Shown: in pieces, positions 11,578 through 22,096 of the stretch
Layout of the letters: each line of letters opens with the position of its first letter
Numbering within the stretch: the stretch's first letter is position 1
Assembly: GCA_963739455.1 (NCBI GenBank)
Contig: CAVUAK010000001.1
Location: 256,001-320,000 of the forward strand
Length of the DNA stretch: 64,000 bases
Reading direction: 5' to 3'
Source: an uncultured Gemmatimonadales bacterium
GTDB taxonomy: Bacteria; Gemmatimonadota; Gemmatimonadetes; Gemmatimonadales; GWC2-71-9
Made by a program: the position numbers and the translations under genes
The notes under the pieces: model-generated
Database searches by the model: none
Seen by the model: the letters and a program-made list of their open reading frames with translations, nothing else
Told to the model about the DNA's origin: nothing

Positions 11578-11970
11578 ATGGTCATTGATACCTCTGCCCT
11601 TGTGGCCATCCTGACACACGAGACGTCAGCCGATCGGCTCGTCGTGGCGCTTGAGGCCGATCGCACGCGCCTCGTGTCCGCGGCAACAGTGGTCGAGGCA
11701 TCGCTCGTCCTGCTCGGGCGCTACGGAGAGGCCGGCGAGGCTCAACTCGATCGATTACTGCGTGGCATCGGGGCGGAAGTCGTTCCGGTCGGGGAGGAAC
11801 AGGTCGTACTGGCACGCGATGCCGCGCTGCGCTTCGGGCGCAGCCGTCATCCGGCTGCGCTCAACTTCGGCGATTGCTTCAGCTACGCCCTCGCCGTCGC
11901 ACGGGACGAACCGCTCCTGTTCGTGGGTGACGATTTCTCGAAGACTGATGTCGAGGTCTGCTCCTGGTAG
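11578..11970 (+). CDS. vapC: VapC PIN-domain toxin
   Basis: MVIDTSALVAIL, LNFGDCFSYALA and LLFVGDDFSKTD motifs. Confidence 0.92.
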   Translation: MVIDTSALVAILTHETSADRLVVALEADRTRLVSAATVVEASLVLLGRYGEAGEAQLDRLLRGIGAEVVPVGEEQVVLARDAALRFGRSRHPAALNFGDCFSYALAVARDEPLLFVGDDFSKTDVEVCSW

Positions 11971-11972
11971 GC

Positions 11973-14240
11973 CTGAATGACGTTACGACCCGCCTCACCG
12001 CTGCCCTCGGCGACCGCTATCGCATCGAGCGCGAGCTCGGCCAGGGTGGCATGGCCACCGTCTATCTCGCCCACGACCTCAAGCACGACCGCAAGGTCGC
12101 CATCAAGGTCCTCCGGCCCGAGCTCGCCGCCTCACTCGGCGCTGATCGTTTCCTCTCCGAGATCCGGACAGTCGCCGCACTGAGCCACCCGAATATCCTG
12201 CCACTCTTCGACAGCGGCGTAGCCACCCTCGACCCTGAACGCTTAACTCCTGACTCTCAACTGTTGTTCTACGTCATGCCCTTCATCGAGGGCGAGACCC
12301 TCCGCGCCCGCATGACCCGCGAGAAGGCTCTCCCCGTCGACGAGGCCGTGCGCCTCACCCGCGAGATTGCCGACGCCCTCGCCTATGCCCACGCGCACGA
12401 CGTCATCCACCGCGACATCAAGCCGGAAAACATCCTGCTCCAGTCCGGCCATGCCGTGGTCGCCGATTTCGGTATTGCCCGCGCCGTGAGGACGGCCGGC
12501 GCCGAGCGCATGACGGAGGTGGGCCTGGCCATCGGCACGCCCGCCTACATGAGCCCGGAACAGTCGGCCGGTGAGCGCGACCTGGACGGCCGGAGCGATC
12601 TCTACGCCCTGGCCAGCGTGCTCTACGAGATGCTTGCCGGCGAGCCGCCGTTCACCGGCGCAACCGTCGAGGCCATCCTGGTCCAGCGCTTCACCCAGCC
12701 GCCCCCGAAGATCACGAAGAAGCGGCCCACCATTCCGCGCGCGATCGAGGCAGCCCTGTACACGGCGATGGCCCGCGCCCCCGAGGAGCGCTTCCCCACC
12801 GTCGAGCGGTTTGTTGCCTCACTTGAATCGAAGGAGACGTCGAGCACCGAGCTCGAGCGCTCCATTGCCGTGCTGCCCTTCGCCAACATGAGCGGCGATC
12901 CGGAGAACGAGTACTTCTCCGACGGCATCTCCGAGGAGATCATCAACGCCCTGACCCAGTTGCCGAAGCTTCGCGTCGCGGCACGGACGTCTGCCTTTTC
13001 CTTCAAGGGCAGGAACCTCGACCTCCGGAGCGTCGGCGAGCAGCTGAACGTCGCCACCGTGCTCGAGGGGAGCGTGCGGCGCGCCGGCGGACGGATCCGC
13101 ATCACCGCGCAGCTCGTCAATGTCGCCGACGGCTACCATCTCTGGTCCGAGCGCTACGACCGGGAGCTCACCGACATTTTCGCCATTCAGGATGAGATCG
13201 CCACTGCCATCGCCGGGAAGCTGAAGGTGACGCTCGGCGTGGGCAGCGAACGACAGCTGGTCCGTGCCCCTACCACGAACGTCGAGGCGTACGACCTCTA
13301 TCTCAAGGGACATGCCTTCGTGAAACAGCGGGGCCTCGCCCTGCTGCGCGCGGCGGATTGCCTCGAGCAGGCCATCGCACTCGATCCCGACTTCGCGCTC
13401 GCACACGCGGAACTCGCCGAGGCGCTGGTCCTGATGAGCCTGTATGGAATCGTCCTTCCTGCCGACATCCGCGACCGGGCGCGTCACGCCACCTCTCGCG
13501 CGCTGGAGCTCGATCCCGCCCTCGTCACCACCCAGATCGCGCTCGCCCTCTACTCCATCATCGTTGAGTTCGACCAGGCCGGGACGAAAGCGGCCTTCGC
13601 CCGCGCCATCGAGCTTGACCCTGCCGACATCGACGCCCGGACCTTCCAGGCGGCGTTCGACTTTTGCTACATTCGCGGCGAGCACGAACGCGCCGTCGCG
13701 CAACTCCTCGGCGTTGTCGAGTCGGATCCGCTGAGTGCAGTAGCACGCGGTCAGGCCGGTATCGTGCTCGCCTTCGCCGGAAGGCTCGACGAGGCGGAGG
13801 CACAGGCCCGGCGGGGCATCGCGCTCGACCCGGGCGCGTTCTACTCCCACTGGGCCCTGCTCCACGCCTTGATGCTGGGTTCCAGGCCAGCGGCTGGAGT
13901 GCAGGAAGGCCGCGCGATGCTGGCGCGTTTCGGCCGCCACCCGTGGCTCATGATGGGTGTCGCCTATGCCTGCGGAGCGGCGGGGCAGCCGGACAAGGCC
14001 GCGGCCATCTACGCCGAGCTCGAGGCTCGCTCCCGTGGCGAATACGTCCAGCCGGTGTCGCTCGCCGTCTCCGCCCTGGGAGCCGGCCGCCGGGATCTGG
14101 CGTTGCAGCATGTTCGCGAAGCCGGTCGCATCCGTGACCCCATGCTCGCAGCCACCGGTCTCCACGGCCCGATGTTCCCCTCGATCCGTAACGAACCGGA
14201 ATACATTGCCATCCTCGAAGAGCTTGGTTGGCACAACTGA
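11973..14240 (+). CDS. Ser/Thr kinase K4: kinase-TolB_N-like-TPR, no obvious TM; probable CTG start
   Basis: Frame continues upstream of ATG 12051 as [36 protein letters not shown] and EYFSDGISEEII motifs; TPRs. Confidence 0.88.
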   Translation: MNDVTTRLTAALGDRYRIERELGQGGMATVYLAHDLKHDRKVAIKVLRPELAASLGADRFLSEIRTVAALSHPNILPLFDSGVATLDPERLTPDSQLLFYVMPFIEGETLRARMTREKALPVDEAVRLTREIADALAYAHAHDVIHRDIKPENILLQSGHAVVADFGIARAVRTAGAERMTEVGLAIGTPAYMSPEQSAGERDLDGRSDLYALASVLYEMLAGEPPFTGATVEAILVQRFTQPPPKITKKRPTIPRAIEAALYTAMARAPEERFPTVERFVASLESKETSSTELERSIAVLPFANMSGDPENEYFSDGISEEIINALTQLPKLRVAARTSAFSFKGRNLDLRSVGEQLNVATVLEGSVRRAGGRIRITAQLVNVADGYHLWSERYDRELTDIFAIQDEIATAIAGKLKVTLGVGSERQLVRAPTTNVEAYDLYLKGHAFVKQRGLALLRAADCLEQAIALDPDFALAHAELAEALVLMSLYGIVLPADIRDRARHATSRALELDPALVTTQIALALYSIIVEFDQAGTKAAFARAIELDPADIDARTFQAAFDFCYIRGEHERAVAQLLGVVESDPLSAVARGQAGIVLAFAGRLDEAEAQARRGIALDPGAFYSHWALLHALMLGSRPAAGVQEGRAMLARFGRHPWLMMGVAYACGAAGQPDKAAAIYAELEARSRGEYVQPVSLAVSALGAGRRDLALQHVREAGRIRDPMLAATGLHGPMFPSIRNEPEYIAILEELGWHN

Positions 14241-14275
14241 CGACTCCCTGACGACTGATGACTGCCGACTGATGA
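14238..14275 (+). repeat. Intergenic heptamer tract (GACTGAT/GACTGCC type)
   Basis: tgacgactccctgacgactgatgactgccgactgatga. Confidence 0.7.
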
Positions 14276-15225
14276 CCGACATCCGTCCCATCACACTCGA
14301 CGAAATCCGCGCCGCGCGCACCCGCATCGCCGGCACCATCCTGCGCACGCCACTCGTCAAGCTCGAGCTCGGCCCCGGCTATCCCGACATCCGCCTCAAG
14401 CTCGAGAACCTGCAGCCCATCAACTCCTTCAAGCTTCGCGGTGCCGCCAACGCCGTTGCCCTGCTGACAGATGCCGAACGGAAGCTCGGCGTCTGGACCA
14501 TCAGTGCCGGCAACGCCGGCCAGGGTGTGGCGTATGCCGCGCGGCAGGCTGGAGTCCCCTGCACGGTCGTCGTCATCGAGACGGCGCCCGCCTCCAAGGT
14601 CGAGCGCATGAAGGCGCTCGGCGCCAAACTGGTGCTGGTGCCGTTCGCCGTCGCATGGAAGGCGCTCGAGGACCGCACCTATCCCGGCATCGAGGGCACC
14701 TTCGTGCACCCCTTCGATGACCACAACTTCATCGCCGGCAATGCCACGGTTGGTCTCGAGATTCTCGAGGACGTCCCCGATGTCGCCGTCGTCATCGCTG
14801 CCCTAGGCGGCGGCGGCCTCATCGCCGGCGCCGGCAGCGCAATCAGGCCGCTGCGCCCAGACGTCAGGATCCTCGCCGCCGAACCCGAGACGGCGGCGCC
14901 CATGTCGCTCTCACTCGAGAAGGGCTCGCCCCAGGCGTTTCCCGGCTGGCAGGCCTCCTTCATTGACGGCGCAGGTGGCAAGAGTGTCTTTCCGCGCATG
15001 TGGGAACGCATGCACGGCCTGCTCGACGGCAGCATTGTGGTCACCCTCGAGCAGGTGAAGGCCGCGGTCCGGCTCATGGCCGAGAAGTCCCGGGTCATCG
15101 CCGAGGGCGCCGGCGCCTTGCCGCTCGCCGCCGCACTCACCGGCAAGGCCGGTCCGGGCCCGATCGTGTGCATCGTCTCCGGTGGCAACATCGACCTCGA
15201 CAAGTTCGCCGAGTTCATCGCATGA
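14272..15225 (+). CDS. PLP-dependent threonine/serine dehydratase family protein
   Basis: KLENLQPINSFKLRGA, SAGNAGQG, LGGGGLIAG and SGGNID motifs. Confidence 0.9.
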   Translation: MTDIRPITLDEIRAARTRIAGTILRTPLVKLELGPGYPDIRLKLENLQPINSFKLRGAANAVALLTDAERKLGVWTISAGNAGQGVAYAARQAGVPCTVVVIETAPASKVERMKALGAKLVLVPFAVAWKALEDRTYPGIEGTFVHPFDDHNFIAGNATVGLEILEDVPDVAVVIAALGGGGLIAGAGSAIRPLRPDVRILAAEPETAAPMSLSLEKGSPQAFPGWQASFIDGAGGKSVFPRMWERMHGLLDGSIVVTLEQVKAAVRLMAEKSRVIAEGAGALPLAAALTGKAGPGPIVCIVSGGNIDLDKFAEFIA

Positions 15226-17273
15226 GCCTGGACGCGCGCCTTGTTGCCGCCCTTGCTGATCGCTACCGCATCGAGCGCGAGCTCGGTGAGGGCGGCATGG
15301 CTACCGTCTACCTCGCCCACGACCTCAAGCACAACCGTCCCGTCGCGATCAAGGTCCTCCGCCCCGAACTCGCCGCCGCACTCGGGGCAGACCGATTCCT
15401 CCGCGAAATCGAGACGACGGCTAATCTCCGCCACCCGAACATCCTCCCATTGTTTGACAGTGGTGCACTGCCGACTGACTCACGACTGCCGACTGACGAC
15501 TCACGACTGCTGTACTACGTCATGCCCTTCATCGACGGCGAGTCGCTCCGAGATCGCTTGAAGCGCGAGGGACAGCTGTCGATTCCCGATGCCCTCCAGG
15601 TCGCCCGCGAAGTGGCCGATGCCCTCGGGTATGCCCACAGCCGCAATGTCATCCATCGCGACATCAAGCCCGAGAACATCCTTCTCGAGCGGGGACATGC
15701 CGTCGTCGCTGATTTCGGCATCGCCCGGGCCGCGAGCACCGCTGGCGCCGGGAGGCTCACCCAGACCGGCATGGCTATCGGCACCCCGGCCTACATGAGC
15801 CCGGAGCAGTCAGTGGGCGAGTCGGATGTCGACGCCCGCAGCGACCTGTACGCGCTCGGTTGCGTGCTGTACGAAATGCTGGCTGGTGAGGCACCCTACA
15901 CCGGGCCGAATGCGCAGGCCATCATCGCCAAGCGTTTCATGGAGCCGGTGCCACGCATCTCCACCTTGCGGAGCACCGTTTCGCCTGCACTCGAGGCGGC
16001 CGTGAGTCGGCTCCTCGCCAGGTCGCCCGCCGATCGCTTTGCGACTGCGGATGAGTTCGTGAGGGCGCTCGACGATCCCGCGCCAGCCACGGTCACGGCG
16101 CCGGTGGTCGTTGAGGAGGGCTTCTGGATCGTGGTGATGCCCTTCCGGTTCAGCGGCGCGAGCACCGAGCTGACCGCACTGGCAGAAGGACTCACCGATG
16201 AGATCGTGGCTGGGCTGTCACGATTCTCGTATCTCCGCGTTTCGCTCGGCGAGAAGCCCGGCGCGCGCTATGTGATCGAGGGAACCCTTCGTCAGGCAGG
16301 CGCAGCCCTGCGGCTGTCGGTGCAGCTGGTGGACACGAACTCGCGCGCCCACGTGTGGGCCGAGACCTACGATCGTGCCTTCCAGTCGGGGGACATCTTC
16401 GTGCTGCAGGACGATCTCGTCCCCCGCATCGTCTCCACGGTGGCTGACGCACATGGCGCCCTCCCTCATACCCTGAGCGAAGCACTGCGCGGCAGGGATC
16501 CGGGTCTGCTCACGCCATACGAGGCCGTGTTGCGCAGCTTTGGCTACGGCTATCGCATGACGCCGGAAGAGCACGCTGCCGTGCGGGCCTGCCTGGAGAG
16601 AGCCGTCACGCAGGCGCCCGGCTACGCCGATGCCTGGGGCATGCTGTCGCTCGTGTATGCGGAGGAGTTCTCCAACGGGTTCAATGCGCGGCCCGATCCG
16701 CTCGGGCGTGCACTCCAGGCGGCTCGGCGCGCAGCCGACGCTGCACCGTCAAGCGCCCTGGCATACAACGCCCTGGCCCGGGCACTGTTCTTCCGGAAGG
16801 AGTTCCCCGCCTTCAGGGTCGCGGCGCAGCGTGCCATTGAACTCAATCCTTTCAACGGACCCACGCTCGCCGGCCTGGGTGGCATGGTGGCGTACGCCGG
16901 CGACTGGGAAGCTGGCTGCGCCCACGTCGAGCGGGCGTTGCGGCTCAACCCGCGACACCCCGGCGGCTACTGGTTCCCCCTGTACTACAATGCCTATCGT
17001 CAGGGGGACTACCGCGCTGCGCTGAACTTCGCCCTCAACATCGACCTCCCGGAATTCTTCGCGACGCACGAGGTCCTGGCCGCCGTCTATGGCCAGCTCG
17101 GGGAACGTGACGCGGCCGCGAGGAGCCTGCGGGAACTGCTCCGGCTGAAGCCCGACTTCGCCGCGACGATGCGCGAAGAAACCGGGAAGTGGCTCGATCG
17201 AGACCTCGTCGAGCACCAGGTCGATGGGCTTCGCAAGGCGGGACTGGAGCTTCCCGATGACATTGGACACTGA
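15222..17273 (+). CDS. Ser/Thr kinase K5: kinase-TolB_N-like-TPR, no obvious TM
   Basis: MSLDARLVAALADRY start overlapping the upstream stop (ATGA); full kinase motifs; TPR-like repeats. Confidence 0.9.
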   Translation: MSLDARLVAALADRYRIERELGEGGMATVYLAHDLKHNRPVAIKVLRPELAAALGADRFLREIETTANLRHPNILPLFDSGALPTDSRLPTDDSRLLYYVMPFIDGESLRDRLKREGQLSIPDALQVAREVADALGYAHSRNVIHRDIKPENILLERGHAVVADFGIARAASTAGAGRLTQTGMAIGTPAYMSPEQSVGESDVDARSDLYALGCVLYEMLAGEAPYTGPNAQAIIAKRFMEPVPRISTLRSTVSPALEAAVSRLLARSPADRFATADEFVRALDDPAPATVTAPVVVEEGFWIVVMPFRFSGASTELTALAEGLTDEIVAGLSRFSYLRVSLGEKPGARYVIEGTLRQAGAALRLSVQLVDTNSRAHVWAETYDRAFQSGDIFVLQDDLVPRIVSTVADAHGALPHTLSEALRGRDPGLLTPYEAVLRSFGYGYRMTPEEHAAVRACLERAVTQAPGYADAWGMLSLVYAEEFSNGFNARPDPLGRALQAARRAADAAPSSALAYNALARALFFRKEFPAFRVAAQRAIELNPFNGPTLAGLGGMVAYAGDWEAGCAHVERALRLNPRHPGGYWFPLYYNAYRQGDYRAALNFALNIDLPEFFATHEVLAAVYGQLGERDAAARSLRELLRLKPDFAATMREETGKWLDRDLVEHQVDGLRKAGLELPDDIGH

Positions 17274-18825
17274 TGTTCTCATCGTCGGCGCCGGACCAAC
17301 GGGGCTGATGCTCGCCAATCAGCTCGCTCGCCGCGGCGTCCGCACCATGATCATCGATCGCCATCCTGCACCCGCCCGCGAGTCACGCGCGCTCGGCGTG
17401 CAGGCGCGCACCCTCGAGATCTACTCGCGCCTTGGCATCGTTGATCGCGCCCTCGCCCTCGGCCGCCGCGCGACCGGCGCCAACCTCTGGTCGAATGGAC
17501 GTCGCGCCGCGCGCGTTCCCCTCGGTGACATCGGGCGCGACGTGAGCCCCTATCCCTATCTCCTCATTCTCGGGCAGGACGACAACGAACGGATCCTGGG
17601 TGAGAACCTGGCCCAGTGGGACCTGAAGGTGCAGTGGAATACCGAACTGGTCGGCCTGGCGCAGGACGACAACACGGCGACGGCCACGCTGAAGCACGCG
17701 GATGGAACGCTCCACCAGGTTACCGCCGCGTGGGTGGCAGGGTGCGACGGCGCCCGCAGCGCCGTGCGCAGCCTGACAGGCATCGCGTTCGACGGCGCGC
17801 CGTATGAGCACGTGTTCTTCGTCGCCGATATCGAGGCGACCGGCAACATGGTGCCGGATGAACTCAACATCTACCTGTGGCGGGAGGGGTTTCACCTTCT
17901 CTTCCCGATGCGCGGCACCAACCACTGGCGCCTCGTGGGAATCCTGCCGCCGGAGCTGCGCGACAGGGACGACCTGGTGTTCGACGAAGTCATTCCGTCG
18001 ATACACCAGCAGGCGGGAACCGGCTTGGTCTTCAAGTCGTGCGACTGGTTCTCCACCTACCGCATTCACCATCGCCGGGCCGCCCGCTTTCGCGACCGCC
18101 GCTGCTTCCTCCTCGGCGACGCGGCACACATCCACAGTCCCGTGGGTGCACAGGGCATGAACACCGGCCTGCAGGACGCGTACAACCTGGCGTGGAAGCT
18201 TGCCCTCGTCGTGGCGGGTCGCGCGGCGCCCGCGCTGCTCGATTCCTATGAGGAAGAGCGCATTCCAGTCGCCAGGCGACTGCTCGACACCACCGACCGC
18301 GCCTTCTCGCTCATTGTGTCCGCGAGTCCGCTCGCCGCCCTGCTGCGCTCGACCGTACTCGCAAGAGTTGGTGCGTTCGCCATGCGCTTCGAGCGGGTCC
18401 GGATGTTCGCCTTCCTCACCATCTCGCAGACCGGTATCGAGTACCGCGCCAGCTCGTTGTCCCGGACGCTGCCGGGTTTGCCGGCCGCGGCGCCTCAGGC
18501 CGGCGATCGCTTCCCCTGGGTCAGGCTCAAGCTCGAGCAGGATGCTGAGGCCACAAGCCTGTTCGACGAGATCGACGACACGCGCTTCACCCTCCTCCTG
18601 TTTGGCCAGCAGCAACCCACGACAGTCATACCCGAACTCGACGACATGCTCGACACGATTGTGATCCCAGCTGACCTGGCCAACGTCCGGGAACTGGCCC
18701 GCGTCCAGGTTTCCCGGCCTTCGTTCTATCTTCTCCGCCCCGACGGCCACATCGCGCTCGCCGGGACGATATTCGATGCCGCCACAGTGGCCGACTATCT
18801 GGCTGTCATTGCGAGGCCCGCGTAG
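17257..18825 (+). CDS. FAD-dependent monooxygenase (PheA/TfdB family)
   Basis: VLIVGAGPTGL, GCDGARSAVR and LLGDAAHIHSPVGAQGMNTGLQDAYNLAWKL motifs. Confidence 0.92.
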   Translation: MTLDTDVLIVGAGPTGLMLANQLARRGVRTMIIDRHPAPARESRALGVQARTLEIYSRLGIVDRALALGRRATGANLWSNGRRAARVPLGDIGRDVSPYPYLLILGQDDNERILGENLAQWDLKVQWNTELVGLAQDDNTATATLKHADGTLHQVTAAWVAGCDGARSAVRSLTGIAFDGAPYEHVFFVADIEATGNMVPDELNIYLWREGFHLLFPMRGTNHWRLVGILPPELRDRDDLVFDEVIPSIHQQAGTGLVFKSCDWFSTYRIHHRRAARFRDRRCFLLGDAAHIHSPVGAQGMNTGLQDAYNLAWKLALVVAGRAAPALLDSYEEERIPVARRLLDTTDRAFSLIVSASPLAALLRSTVLARVGAFAMRFERVRMFAFLTISQTGIEYRASSLSRTLPGLPAAAPQAGDRFPWVRLKLEQDAEATSLFDEIDDTRFTLLLFGQQQPTTVIPELDDMLDTIVIPADLANVRELARVQVSRPSFYLLRPDGHIALAGTIFDAATVADYLAVIARPA

Positions 18826-18842
18826 CGGGCCGCGGCAATCCC
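18805..18842 (+). repeat. REP-like palindrome, copy 2, overlapping the monooxygenase stop
   Basis: GTCATTGCGAGG-CCCGC-GTA-GCGGG-CC-GCGGCAATCCC; encodes the terminal VIARPA*. Confidence 0.75.
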
Positions 18843-18859
18843 GTGAAATCAGCTTCGAT

Positions 18860-19672
18860 CTAGTTCACCGTAAACACCTGGCTCATCCCCCGCTCGGCAT
18901 GATTCTGCTTCTCTCCTTCCTTCTGGAAGAAGCAGAACATCCGGTACGTGCCCGGCGTGAATGTCGCCGTCATCACTGTCGTGTCCCCCGGGGTCAGGTC
19001 CGCCACGCCGCCGTAATTCTCCCACGGTGACGGCCCCTTCGGGTCGGCGCTGTCGGCCCGCGCCTTCGCCTGCTCCAGCGTGAACCCGTCCTTGAGCCGG
19101 GAAATGATCATTTCGTGCGGCTCGTCGCTCGTGTTGACCGCGCGAATGACCTGGGGCCCCGCGCTGATTGGCTTGGACACATTGAACCCGAAGCTGATCA
19201 GCTGCACCTCCAGGTCCGGTTGGGGCGGGGCGGCCGCGAGCGTCGGACCCCGCACAATGATTTCCCTTATCATGCCCTTCGCGAAGTGCGGCTCATGGTC
19301 GGGCGCGCTGAAGTAGCACAGCATCACGTACACCCCGGGCTCCAGCTTCAAGGTGTAGGTCGGGCTCGTGCCTGACTTCGACGTGACGCCACCACCAACC
19401 GACTTCACCCACGAGGAGTCGTACGCGCTTTCACCAACCGCCAGCAGGTCGTTGATGCGCTTGCCCTGTTCCAGTCGCAGCAGGTCCAGCACATGCGCCG
19501 CATCGCTGGCCAGCTTGAGCTTCAGGGTGACGGTTCCGGCCGGGATCGTGTCAGGTCCCTGGAAGAAGTAGTCGCCCAGGGTGTACTCGATCACCGGCGG
19601 AGTCTTCACCAGCGGCTCACCCTTGCACGCCAGCACGCTTCCGAGCAGCACCAGGCATACAGTCGCTCGCAT
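18860..19672 (-). CDS. Putative lipoprotein with two cupredoxin-like repeats
   Basis: Lipobox-like VLAC; two repeats PGxYxMxC..H...GM. Confidence 0.7.
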   Translation of the reverse strand: MRATVCLVLLGSVLACKGEPLVKTPPVIEYTLGDYFFQGPDTIPAGTVTLKLKLASDAAHVLDLLRLEQGKRINDLLAVGESAYDSSWVKSVGGGVTSKSGTSPTYTLKLEPGVYVMLCYFSAPDHEPHFAKGMIREIIVRGPTLAAAPPQPDLEVQLISFGFNVSKPISAGPQVIRAVNTSDEPHEMIISRLKDGFTLEQAKARADSADPKGPSPWENYGGVADLTPGDTTVMTATFTPGTYRMFCFFQKEGEKQNHAERGMSQVFTVN

Positions 19673-19710
19673 GAATCCTCTTTGTTGAAGTGGCGGAACC
19701 AAATACTAGC

Positions 19711-19749
19711 GTCCTCCCCGTCCTCCCCGCCCTCCCCGCCCTCCCCGCC
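19711..19749 (+). repeat. CCCCGCCCT nonamer tract
   Basis: gtcctccccgtcctccccgccctccccgccctccccgcc. Confidence 0.85.
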
Positions 19750-19862
19750 ATATTATCCCCATGCCCAAACCCCGACTCGCCGCCATACTCTCCGACATCC
19801 AGTTCTGGGTCCCCTTCGCCGTCCTGCTCACCGGCGCCCTGATCCTCGTTCTGGGTCAGCCG

Positions 19863-21135
19863 ATGAGTACCTGGCCCGCTGACCTCGACGGACGCCGTCG
19901 CGCGCTCCGCACCGCCGGTCTCCTGAGTGGTGTTGCTGCCGGGGCCTGGCTCGGTGCCGCCGAGGCGCCCGCCAAGCTCGTCGCCACCGGCCTGAGTCCC
20001 GTCACCGTCTCGCTCGTCATGGTGTGCGGCGTCTTCCTCGCCCGCTGGAGCGTGCCCGCCCTGCTGCAGGGAACCTCCGCGGTCGGCGCCGACGTGAAGC
20101 AGGCCCCGCATCTCGTCATCTGGGCCATACTCGCCGGCAGCCTCTGGTCCATCGCCAACACCCTCACCGTCTACGCCATTCGCGATGTCGGCCTGAGCAT
20201 CGCGTTCCCGCTGTGGAACTCGAACAGCCTCCTCGGCATCCTCTGGGGCGCCCTCTTCTTCGGGGAGCTGCGCGGTGCCACCGGCGGCCAGCGCACGCGC
20301 GTCATCGGCGGCACCATCGCGATGTGCATCGGCGCCACGCTCCTCGCACTCGCCTCCACCCACGAGGCGGCGCACGGCTCTGCCGCCCGCGGCGTCATCG
20401 CGGCACTCGGTGCCGGCGCACTCTGGGGAACGATGTACATCCCCTACCGGAAGGCGTACCTCACCGGCATGTCGCCGTTGGCGTTCATCACCTTCTTCAC
20501 CGTGGGTGAGCTCGCCTGCATGGGCATCATCGCCCTCACCATCAATGGCGCATCGGTCACCGCCACCGAGCTCGCCGCCGCCCGCGGCGTCCTCTTCTGG
20601 CTCATGCTCGGCGGCTTCATCTGGGTCATCGGTGACCTCTTCCAGCAGTATGCCGCCAAGTACGTCGGCATCAGCCGCGGCATTCCGCTCTCGAATACCA
20701 ACCAGCTCTGGGGACTCCTCTGGGGAACGCTCGTGTTCGGCGAACTCCGCCAGGGCGGCGTCTCCCTGCCCCTCGTCATCATCGGTTCGCTCACCATGGC
20801 CACTCGGCGCCGCCGCCGTTGCCCTCGCCACCACCGGCGATACCGAGCACGGGCGATGGCAGGAGGCCGCTGAGCGCGAAGCCCGTCGCTATGGCGTCGA
20901 TATCGAGTGGGTTCGCGCCCGCCTCCTCGGCACTGCCTCCGAACCCGCGCGACGGACATGGATTGACTGGACCTTGGTGGCAATTTCTACGGCAGTGTTC
21001 GTTTTTCTTGCACGCCAGGCCGAGGCTCCGGCGCTCGCCATGGACCTGCGCTGGGTAGTCATCCTGTGTATTGTGTCGGTCGCGCTGCTCGTGGCTGCGG
21101 GATGGATCCTGTGGCGAACGACCAGGTTCAATTGA
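19863..21135 (+). CDS. GRP/DMT-family sugar transporter; frameshift near 20800
   Basis: GLSIAFPLWNSNSLLGILWGALFFGE and GISRGIPLSNTNQLWGLLWG; C-terminus in ORF 20275-21135. Confidence 0.8.
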
Positions 21136-21180
21136 GAGTAGGAGGCGGGAGGGCGGGGCGCCCCTCAGGACTGGCGCAGC

Positions 21181-21230
21181 TCACGACTCACGACCCACGA
21201 CTCACGACCCACGACCCACGACCCACGACC
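21181..21230 (+). repeat. Intergenic (T/C)CACGAC heptamer array, about 7 units
   Basis: tcacgac tcacgac ccacgac tcacgac ccacgac ccacgac ccacgac. Confidence 0.9.
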
Positions 21231-21240
21231 GAGGTTCCGC

Positions 21241-22075
21241 GTGATCGATATCGCCCAGTTCCATCCCCAGTTCGTCCACTTCGTCGTCGCACTCGGCGTT
21301 GCCGGCGTCATTTTTCGCCTCATCTCCCTCACCGGCAAGGCGACGTGGACCAATCCCGCCGCCACCACCCTCCTCCTTGTCGCCGCGCTGTTCAGCATGG
21401 CCGCGGTCAAGTCAGGCGCCGAGGCCCACGGACCCGCCGAGCGCGTCCCTGGCGCTCGTGACGCCGTTGAGGAGCACGAGGAACTCGGCGAGCGCACCCG
21501 CAATCTCTTCCTTCTCGTCGCCGCACTCGAGCTCGCCGCGATCGCCTTCAAGCAGCGCCACAACTGGCAGCGCGGATTTCGCGTCGCTTCCGGCATCGGT
21601 GGCATTGCCGCCGCCTTCACGCTCTACCAGGCCGGCGAGGCGGGCGGCAAGCTCGTCTATTCGTATGCCGGTGGTGTTGGTCTTCGGAGCGGCGACCCCG
21701 CCGACGTCCAGCGCCTCCTCGTGGCCGGCCTCTATCATCAGGCCCGCGCCGCTCGCGCCGCTGGCAAGCACGCCGAGGCCGCGCGCCTCATCGACGAGCT
21801 CGCCCTCCAGCGCCCCGACGATCCGTCGATTGTTTATCTGTCGGTCGAATCCATGATCCGCGATCGCCAGGATGCCGCGGGAGCACTCGTCGTCCTCGCC
21901 GCCCAGGCTCCAGCCGGCCGACAACACCCGCCTCAACATCCAGAAGGGCCTGCTCACCAGCGAGGCCTTCGACTCGCTTGGCCAGCCCGACTCCGCCCGC
22001 GCCACGCTCCAGGCGCTCGCGACCCAGTTCCCCAAGAACCGCTTCATCGCCGAGGCCGTCGCGAAGCACCAATAG
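21241..22075 (+). CDS. DUF2231-like membrane protein with helical/TPR-like tail; frameshift near 21905
   Basis: HPQFVHFVVAL, EEHEELG and GGKLVYSYAGGVG; tail in ORF 21872-22075. Confidence 0.7.
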
Positions 22076-22096
22076 GGGGCCTAGATTCCATCCTCT

